Source: an uncultured Methanosarcinales archaeon
GTDB taxonomy: Archaea > Nanobdellota > Nanobdellia > Woesearchaeales > JACPBV01
DNA length: 64,000 bases
NCBI GenBank assembly: GCA_964618315.1
Contig: CAZTWQ010000003.1
Span: forward strand, 17,215-81,214
Direction: 5' to 3'
The position numbers and the translations under genes were made by a program. A model generated the notes under the pieces. The model ran no database searches. It saw only the letters and a program-made list of their open reading frames with translations, and was not told the origin of the DNA. The stretch's first letter is position 1. Each line of letters starts with the position of its first letter. Of the stretch, positions 58,102 to 64,000 are shown piece by piece.

Positions 58102-58632
58102 ATGAATATTAAACCATTAATGAGAAGGACTGTATTTCATATAATCAGAACACGACAATTTAATGATAAATGTATAAAACAGTTTGCAAAAACAATACAC
58201 AATAAGAAAATTCTGGAATTAGGTTCTGGAAAAAGAATACGCGGGAAATGTAAGTATTCCAGCAAAAAGTTCTTTGACAAATCAAATAAATTTATCTGTT
58301 CAGATATTAACAAGAAGTTTGGTCATAATGTAATAGATGCCACAAAGATGAAGCTTAACAAAGAGTTTGATGTGGTATTATGCCTAAGTGTTTTAGAGCA
58401 CATATTTGATTTTGAAAAAGCAGTCAAAAATATCTACAACGCCTTAAAAACAAGTGGTATGGCCGTGATATTTGTACCTGGTTTTTATCCATTGCATGAA
58501 GAGCCCAATGATTACTGGAGATTTACAGAACATTCTTTAAAGAAAATATTAAAAGATTTTAAAAAAGTCAATATCAGAACATTTGGTATAAGACAGTATC
58601 CTTTTGGATATTATATAGAAGCCAGAAGATGA
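58102..58632 (+). CDS. Class I SAM-dependent methyltransferase
   Basis: ILELGSGKR; DVVLCLSVLEHIFD. Confidence 0.75.
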   Translation: MNIKPLMRRTVFHIIRTRQFNDKCIKQFAKTIHNKKILELGSGKRIRGKCKYSSKKFFDKSNKFICSDINKKFGHNVIDATKMKLNKEFDVVLCLSVLEHIFDFEKAVKNIYNALKTSGMAVIFVPGFYPLHEEPNDYWRFTEHSLKKILKDFKKVNIRTFGIRQYPFGYYIEARR

Positions 58633-58691
58633 TATTCTACTCGATACATATATAGAAACATATATAAATAGTTCTTCATTAATCTACAACC

Positions 58692-59570
58692 ATGAAAGTC
58701 ATAGTTACAATTCCAGCCTATAATGAGGAAGGAACAATCGGCAGGGTAATTACAGATATAAAAAAAGTTATGGACAGTAATAAGTATGATTATGATGTTC
58801 TTGTTGTTGATGATAGTTCTAAAGATAAGACAGCAGAGATAGCAAAAAGAGAAGGGGCCATAGTTTACTCTCACCCAAAGAATTATGGTTTAGCAGAAAC
58901 ATTCAAATCAGAAATGAAAAAATGTCTTGAATTAAAAGCAGACATAATTGTACACATAGATGCAGATAGGCAATATCTTGCTGAAGAAATACCTAAACTA
59001 ATAAAAGAAGTAGAGCACGGAAATGACCTTGTCCTAGGATCTAGATTTAAAGGAAAAATAGAACATATGCCTTTTATCAAAAAATTAGGGAATAGGCTCT
59101 TCTCAAGGGTGATTTCAAACATATCGGGTCTCAAAATTAGCGACTCGCAAACTGGATTCAGAGCATTCGATAAAAAAGTAGCTGAAATGAAAATAATCTC
59201 ATCTTACACATATACTCAAGAACAAATAATAATGGCTGTAAAAAACAAGTTCAAAATAAAAGAAATTCCCATTTATTTTGCAAGGCGGAAAGATAAAAGT
59301 AGATTAATGAAAAATCCTTTTGATTTTGCTTTAAAAGCTTGGCTAAATATTCTCAGAGTATATAGAGATTATGAACCTATGAAATTTTTTGGTAGAATAG
59401 GTGGTTTCTTTCTATCAACTGGTTTTTTACTAGGTTTATGGCTCATTTACTTATATCTAACAAACGGCGCTATTGGAAGGATACCCTCACTAATATTGAG
59501 TATGTTATTAATTGTAATGGGGATACAAATAATGCTATTTGGATTTCTAGCTGATATGAATAAAAGATGA
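58692..59570 (+). CDS. Polyprenyl-phosphate glycosyltransferase, GT2 with C-terminal TM helices
   Basis: VIVTIPAYNEEGTI, VVDDSSKDKT, IDADRQ. Two C-terminal TM helices. Confidence 0.85.
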   Translation: MKVIVTIPAYNEEGTIGRVITDIKKVMDSNKYDYDVLVVDDSSKDKTAEIAKREGAIVYSHPKNYGLAETFKSEMKKCLELKADIIVHIDADRQYLAEEIPKLIKEVEHGNDLVLGSRFKGKIEHMPFIKKLGNRLFSRVISNISGLKISDSQTGFRAFDKKVAEMKIISSYTYTQEQIIMAVKNKFKIKEIPIYFARRKDKSRLMKNPFDFALKAWLNILRVYRDYEPMKFFGRIGGFFLSTGFLLGLWLIYLYLTNGAIGRIPSLILSMLLIVMGIQIMLFGFLADMNKR

Positions 59571-60511
59571 AAAAAAAGGCACTTATCTTAAAATTACTAG
59601 TTAGTGTCCTTATTCTGGGAACCCTAATTTATAAAGTTGGAATAAAAAGCATAATAGATACCCTCTTAAAAATAAATATTTTATATTTGCCAATAATTTT
59701 TATTGTAATCATATTAATTAACTTTTTTGGGGCTTGGAAACTAATGCTTTTTTTCAAACCAGTAGGTATCAAAATGCCATTTTGGAAAATTTATCATTAT
59801 TATTTTCTAACATGGTGTCTAAGTTTATTCATACCTGGAAAAATAGGTGAACTTTGGATGGTCTATTTCTTAAAAAAAGAAAAAACAAGCCTAGGTATTG
59901 GAAGTGCAGTTGTGATTATGAATAAATTAATTGGGATAATCGTTGTGTTCTTCTTAGCTATAGGGGGCATGCCTTTATTCTTTGATGCAATCCAATCATT
60001 AAAAATAATTTCAGTATTTTTTATTGGACTCTTACTTTCTATTTACATCCTTTTCTCAAATTTTAGTAGGAAATTCATAAGGAAATTCATATTAAGAAAA
60101 TGGGAATCAAAATTTGAAGGATTCTCAAAAACGTTATTCACCCTGCTAAAAAATCACAAACCAAGTATACTATATAATTCCCTATTAAGTTTAATAAACT
60201 GGATTACCAATGCTTTTGTAATATACTTTTTATTCTTGGCTTTTGGACAACATGTCCCTATTCTCAAGATAATACTCATAAATGCCATACTAACTATAAT
60301 TACAATGATTCCAATAAGCATAAATGGGCTAGGAATCAAAGAATACACTGGAGTATTTCTCTTCAGCCTATTAGGGATATCTACACTGACAACTACTAGC
60401 GTATTCCTAACATATCTAATATCAATATACTTAATTTCTCTAATATATATCATTTTATTCTTCGAAAGAAAAAATAAGTTAAACATAACAAAATCTACTG
60501 CCAAAAATTAA
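59567..60511 (+). CDS. UPF0104 / LPG-synthase-TM-like 'flippase-like' membrane protein
   Basis: PGKIGELWMVYFLKK. About 8 TM helices. ATGA overlap with the upstream GT2. Confidence 0.65.
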   Translation: MKKKALILKLLVSVLILGTLIYKVGIKSIIDTLLKINILYLPIIFIVIILINFFGAWKLMLFFKPVGIKMPFWKIYHYYFLTWCLSLFIPGKIGELWMVYFLKKEKTSLGIGSAVVIMNKLIGIIVVFFLAIGGMPLFFDAIQSLKIISVFFIGLLLSIYILFSNFSRKFIRKFILRKWESKFEGFSKTLFTLLKNHKPSILYNSLLSLINWITNAFVIYFLFLAFGQHVPILKIILINAILTIITMIPISINGLGIKEYTGVFLFSLLGISTLTTTSVFLTYLISIYLISLIYIILFFERKNKLNITKSTAKN

Positions 60512-60519
60512 ACCCTAAA

Positions 60520-61548
60520 TTATAATGCTGTACAATCTCTGCAGACATGATGTAGTTTATTATTACGTAAATTCATTCTAAAAGAACTATACTTACCATT
60601 ATTCCATATTTTACCAAAAGGTGCTTTAAGGATATTACCACACACATAATGTTTACTTGATATATTCCTGCAACAAGGAGTGACGTACCCTTCATAAGTT
60701 ATATAAGTCTGCAACCATGGCGAAACACAATTTTCCCTAGCCGCTCTTTTTTTAACTACTGGAATTATAACTTCAATACCTTTCTTAAATCCCACTTCCC
60801 TCATTTTGTTTAAAAAAGAATTATACTCTAAAGAAAGCGACTCAGATTCAGGTACAGTTTGTCCCTCTTTTCCAACCTGAACTTCTTGAATATTTATTTT
60901 TTTAATCCCTAATTCTTCCATTATATCGAGAATTCCAAACATTTCTCCCTTATTTGTCTGCATAAGGGTTGTATTAAACATGATTTCTGGTTTTGAAACA
61001 TTTAATTTTTTCTTTAATGTCTGAATATACCTCAAATTCTTCATCAAGAGTTCAAAATTGCCCCCCCTCCTAACAACATCATAAGTCTTTTTTGTACTTG
61101 CATCAAATGAAACAAATAAAGTATCTAACTTGACCCCAATAAGTTTATTAGCCATAGTTTCATTTATCAATAAAGCATTTGAATATATCATAACTTGATT
61201 TCCCCTTCTTTTTTCATAATCTACCATTTTTAACAGGCTCTTATTAAGAAATGGCTCCCCTATACCTGATAATTTAACAGTATGATAATAGTTAAAATTC
61301 CTTATTATCTTCTTAAAATTATCAAAAGATAATTCCCCCTTTTGATCTCTTTTAAGATTATTAATATAACACATATAACATCTTAAATTGCACCTATTGG
61401 TAACTTCAATCTGGATATTTCTTGGTTTAGATATAACTTTCTCAGGCAAACGTATGTTCAACAAGTAATCGATTCCATTAAAAAATAATGATTTCATACC
61501 CATCGTCTTCAAATTCAAGATTATTTTTTGGAGTAACATATTAATCAC
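60520..61548 (-). CDS. Radical SAM protein with C-terminal Cys-rich SPASM/twitch-like domain
   Basis: TNRCNLRCYMC (CxxxCxxC). C-terminal Cys cluster: ENCVSPW...TPCCRN...VCGN...VCRDC. Confidence 0.85.
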   Translation of the reverse strand: MINMLLQKIILNLKTMGMKSLFFNGIDYLLNIRLPEKVISKPRNIQIEVTNRCNLRCYMCYINNLKRDQKGELSFDNFKKIIRNFNYYHTVKLSGIGEPFLNKSLLKMVDYEKRRGNQVMIYSNALLINETMANKLIGVKLDTLFVSFDASTKKTYDVVRRGGNFELLMKNLRYIQTLKKKLNVSKPEIMFNTTLMQTNKGEMFGILDIMEELGIKKINIQEVQVGKEGQTVPESESLSLEYNSFLNKMREVGFKKGIEVIIPVVKKRAARENCVSPWLQTYITYEGYVTPCCRNISSKHYVCGNILKAPFGKIWNNGKYSSFRMNLRNNKLHHVCRDCTAL

Positions 61549-61561
61549 TTAATTACACATT

Positions 61562-63448
61562 TTAATTATATATTATATCATCAAAAGCCAAGTGCCTACC
61601 AGTTATATCGTCCCTATCCAAATAAATTCTAGCCCAAACCTCGAAATTAAGTAAGGTCCACAGCTGCCTACTATAATATACCTTAGAATTAGAGTAGTTA
61701 TTAAATAGTTTTTGGATATAGTTATGATTAAAAAAACCCCTTTTCTCCACTGATTTCTTAGACAAAAGCTCTTGGGAAATCCCTTTTAACTCTTTCTCAA
61801 GCCACCTATGCACAGGAACATTAAACCCATGTTTTTTTCTTGTATAGATTTTACGAGGAACTTTCCCTTTCATAGCCCCCCTCAAAACATATTTTTCCTT
61901 ATTGAACCTAAGTTTAAGTTTGTGTGGAATCTTACAGCCTAAATTGACTACATTCGAATCTAAAAATGGAACTCTTGCTTCCAATGAGTGCGCCATAGTT
62001 GTCTTATCAACTTTCATCAATAGATCCTCTGGCAACCAAGTCTTAAAATCAAGAGCCATCATAGAATCCATTATTTTTCTTTTGTCAAAGAATGGATTTA
62101 CTACATCAACATCAGGCCTTCCTGCTAATGACCCATTGCATAATTCCTTTTTCTCTCTTTCCGAGAAGAAAGATACAAGCTGCAAGTAATAATCTGAAAC
62201 AGATTTTGCAGAATGAAAATCCTGAATCCTCTTAAAGAATAATGACTTATTAAAAATTCCTCCAGCTTCAGAAACAATCCGCCTTATACTTAAAGGCATT
62301 GTTTTATAATAAGGATGAAATGCTTTGAGATATTTGTATTTCCTATAACCCCCAAAAAGTTCATCAGCACCCTCACCTGTAAGAACAACAGACACCTTTT
62401 TCTTTGCAAACTCAGAAAGTATATATGTTGGGATAGAAGCAAAATCAGCTATTGGCTCATCCATATGCCACATTATCTTAGGGAGCAAGTTAAAGGAATT
62501 TTCCTTGATAAAAAATTCATGATGGTCTGTATTATAATATTCTGCAACAAACTTTGAAAATTTTGTTTCGTTATATCCTTCGCCAGAATCAAAACCGATT
62601 GAAAAAGTCTTTACTGCCTCATTGCATTGCTTCTGCATCAAAGCAACAATATAAGTTGAATCTAATCCCCCACTTAAAAAAGCACCCAAAGGCACATCAC
62701 TCATCAGCCGTCTGCCAACTGCCATTTGCATAGCACTATCAATATCTTTTGCATATTTTCTTGCACTACTTTTCTCTGGTCTTAATTGAAAATCCCCATA
62801 TTTCTTTAGTTCACCTTTTTTTGTTTTATCATCATATTTAAGATAATATCCTGGCTCAAGTTTATTTATACCTTCAAATATAGTATTATTTCCAGGAGAA
62901 TATCTAAATGTAAGGAAGTTATAGAGTGCACTTTTATTTATTTCTCTTTTTATTTTCTCATGTAGCAAAATAGCTTTCATCTCAGATGCAAAAATAAGCT
63001 TATCCTCAATTATAGAATAATATAATGGTTTTACCCCTACTTTATCCCTTACAATAAAAAAAACATTCTTTTTTCTATCCCAAATAGCAAAAGCAAACAT
63101 CCCATTGAACAAAGAAACACACTTTTCACCATATTCTTCATATGCATGAACAATAACCTCTGTATCAGTATCTGACTTGAACTTATGCCCTTTTTTCTCA
63201 AGTTCTTTTTTAATACTAATAAAATTATAAATTTCACCATTATATGTAACCCAAACTGAAGAATCCTCATTGCACATTGGCTGCTTCCCTTTAATGCTTA
63301 AATCTATTATGCTAAGCCTTGCATGACCTAATGAAACATTCTTATCACAAAATATTCCCTTTTGATCTGGCCCGCGATGTTGCTGTATAGAAACCATATC
63401 ATTTACCAGTTTCTTATCTTCCCAATTAAAACCACAGATCCCACACAT
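61562..63448 (-). CDS. asnB: Asparagine synthase (glutamine-hydrolysing)-family amidotransferase
   Basis: N-terminal nucleophile MCGICGF, HRGPD, and the PP-loop SGGLDS in the synthetase domain. Confidence 0.9.
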   Translation of the reverse strand: MCGICGFNWEDKKLVNDMVSIQQHRGPDQKGIFCDKNVSLGHARLSIIDLSIKGKQPMCNEDSSVWVTYNGEIYNFISIKKELEKKGHKFKSDTDTEVIVHAYEEYGEKCVSLFNGMFAFAIWDRKKNVFFIVRDKVGVKPLYYSIIEDKLIFASEMKAILLHEKIKREINKSALYNFLTFRYSPGNNTIFEGINKLEPGYYLKYDDKTKKGELKKYGDFQLRPEKSSARKYAKDIDSAMQMAVGRRLMSDVPLGAFLSGGLDSTYIVALMQKQCNEAVKTFSIGFDSGEGYNETKFSKFVAEYYNTDHHEFFIKENSFNLLPKIMWHMDEPIADFASIPTYILSEFAKKKVSVVLTGEGADELFGGYRKYKYLKAFHPYYKTMPLSIRRIVSEAGGIFNKSLFFKRIQDFHSAKSVSDYYLQLVSFFSEREKKELCNGSLAGRPDVDVVNPFFDKRKIMDSMMALDFKTWLPEDLLMKVDKTTMAHSLEARVPFLDSNVVNLGCKIPHKLKLRFNKEKYVLRGAMKGKVPRKIYTRKKHGFNVPVHRWLEKELKGISQELLSKKSVEKRGFFNHNYIQKLFNNYSNSKVYYSRQLWTLLNFEVWARIYLDRDDITGRHLAFDDIIYN

Positions 63449-63449
63449 T

Positions 63450-64000
63450 TTATTCTTTCACCTTTACTTGCTTACCATAATTCATATAAAATCTTAACAT
63501 CCTTACTAACTCTTTCCTATTTTTTAACAAAGATAAAAAATAATTAATAATCTTAATATAAATATGTTTTTTTCTAAACAACATCACAGGATTAAATATG
63601 AAACTTATAAGATTCAATTTATAAGTATTAACAATATCTTTTAATCCTTTTTGGAGATCTTCATTTGAAAGGTCCTTTAACTTAAGATGCCCAAAATCAT
63701 AGCCAGTTATTCCGCCTTTAGTTTCAACAAGCATTCCTTCCTTCTCTGCTAGATTATACAAGTCTGTCCCATAAAGGGGCGTAGTTGCCGCTACAAAAAT
63801 AAAATCTGGTCGAGCCCTTTTTATGAAGTTTACAGTCTCTTGCAGCGTTTCATTAGTTTCACCTGGAGAACCTATCATAATATTTGCCCTCCCACAAATT
63901 CCTGCCTGCTCTGCCCACTTTATTGCTTGCTCTGCCTGCTCAACCTTAGTTCCTTTTCTCAACATATTCATGATCTTCTGTGAACCACTTTCTATACCAT
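63450..64000 (-). CDS. Radical SAM protein, C-terminal part only (5' end beyond the window)
   Basis: The frame stays open to the window edge: GIESGSQKIMNMLRKG...IGSPGETNETL...TPLYGTDLYNL. These are the same C-terminal blocks as the six B12-type rSAM proteins. Confidence 0.8.
   Translation of the reverse strand, partial: GIESGSQKIMNMLRKGTKVEQAEQAIKWAEQAGICGRANIMIGSPGETNETLQETVNFIKRARPDFIFVAATTPLYGTDLYNLAEKEGMLVETKGGITGYDFGHLKLKDLSNEDLQKGLKDIVNTYKLNLISFIFNPVMLFRKKHIYIKIINYFLSLLKNRKELVRMLRFYMNYGKQVKVKE

Noticed and set aside
61562-63448. AsnB homolog as a lasso-peptide cyclase
   Set aside because: It retains the N-terminal Cys2 glutaminase nucleophile and the full-length two-domain AsnB architecture. 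No precursor peptide or B-protein (transglutaminase-like protease) gene is nearby.
653-63547. Numerous 60-150-aa ORFs antisense to or out of frame with the large genes (e.g. 653..931-, 1486..1935-, 6639..7040-, 7714..8109-, 14559..14780+, 34564..34941-, 40804..41232+, 48767..49210-, 52118..52489+, 61902..62189+)
   Set aside because: All lie fully inside longer ORFs that carry clear family motifs. Their translations are low-complexity (F/L/I/S/N-rich), as expected from reverse reading of AT-rich coding DNA, and none has a recognisable motif or an SD/TATA context.
1-64000. Search for rRNA, tRNA, CRISPR arrays and other large tandem repeats
   Set aside because: No GC-rich tRNA/rRNA-like islands stand out from the AT-rich background. 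No regularly spaced direct repeats of 24-40 nt were seen. Intergenic space is very small except at 19987..20225, 22105..22294, 24163..24576 and 43197..43378.

Overview
Strongly AT-rich (about 30% GC by eye, not computed), gene-dense window. Almost all of it is one large cell-surface glycan biosynthesis and modification island from an uncultivated-looking prokaryote. TATA-like boxes about 30 nt upstream of many first ATGs, mixed with GGAGGTGA-type Shine-Dalgarno (SD) sites, plus COG1665-type nucleotidyltransferases (NTases) and a long-form RmlA, suggest an archaeon, possibly DPANN-like. A bacterium cannot be excluded, because GT9, type-1 Cmk and YfhO are bacterial-looking.

Gene content in order:
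- A phosphonate ABC importer (phnD' C E) with a LicC/PntC-like cytidylyltransferase and a CDP-alcohol phosphotransferase.
- Nucleotide-sugar genes: AlgD-like dehydrogenase, Gmd+Rmd, RmlA/RmlB/FdtA-like/DegT, and two further SDR epimerases.
- Glycosyltransferases: 5 GT2, 3 GT4 and 1 GT9.
- Six GT-C-like polytopic membrane proteins (2 YfhO-like, 1 DUF2079-like, 3 others).
- One Wzx-type and two UPF0104 flippase-like proteins.
- Four class I methyltransferases, a nitroreductase and AsnB.

Unusual points:
1. Eight radical SAM genes. Six are full-length with a B12-binding-type N-domain, one is SPASM/twitch type, and one is cut by the window edge.
2. A tandemly duplicated 'B12-rSAM + divergent CDP-alcohol-transferase-like' module.
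3. A GT2 + B12-rSAM + YfhO trio that occurs twice.
4. A minus-strand operon with two paralogous Pol-beta NTases, a HIT-like protein, a PHP::APS-kinase fusion and a metallophosphoesterase. No canonical ATP sulfurylase or sulfotransferase is visible.
5. An MNT-HEPN toxin-antitoxin pair and a decayed IS91-like transposase inserted in the island.
6. A 414-bp intergenic region with nested hairpins and duplicated promoter-like repeats, a candidate ncRNA.

No rRNA, tRNA or CRISPR array was seen. Several starts were moved to internal ATG/TTG codons relative to the ORF track. All functional calls rest on motifs read by eye, not on database searches.
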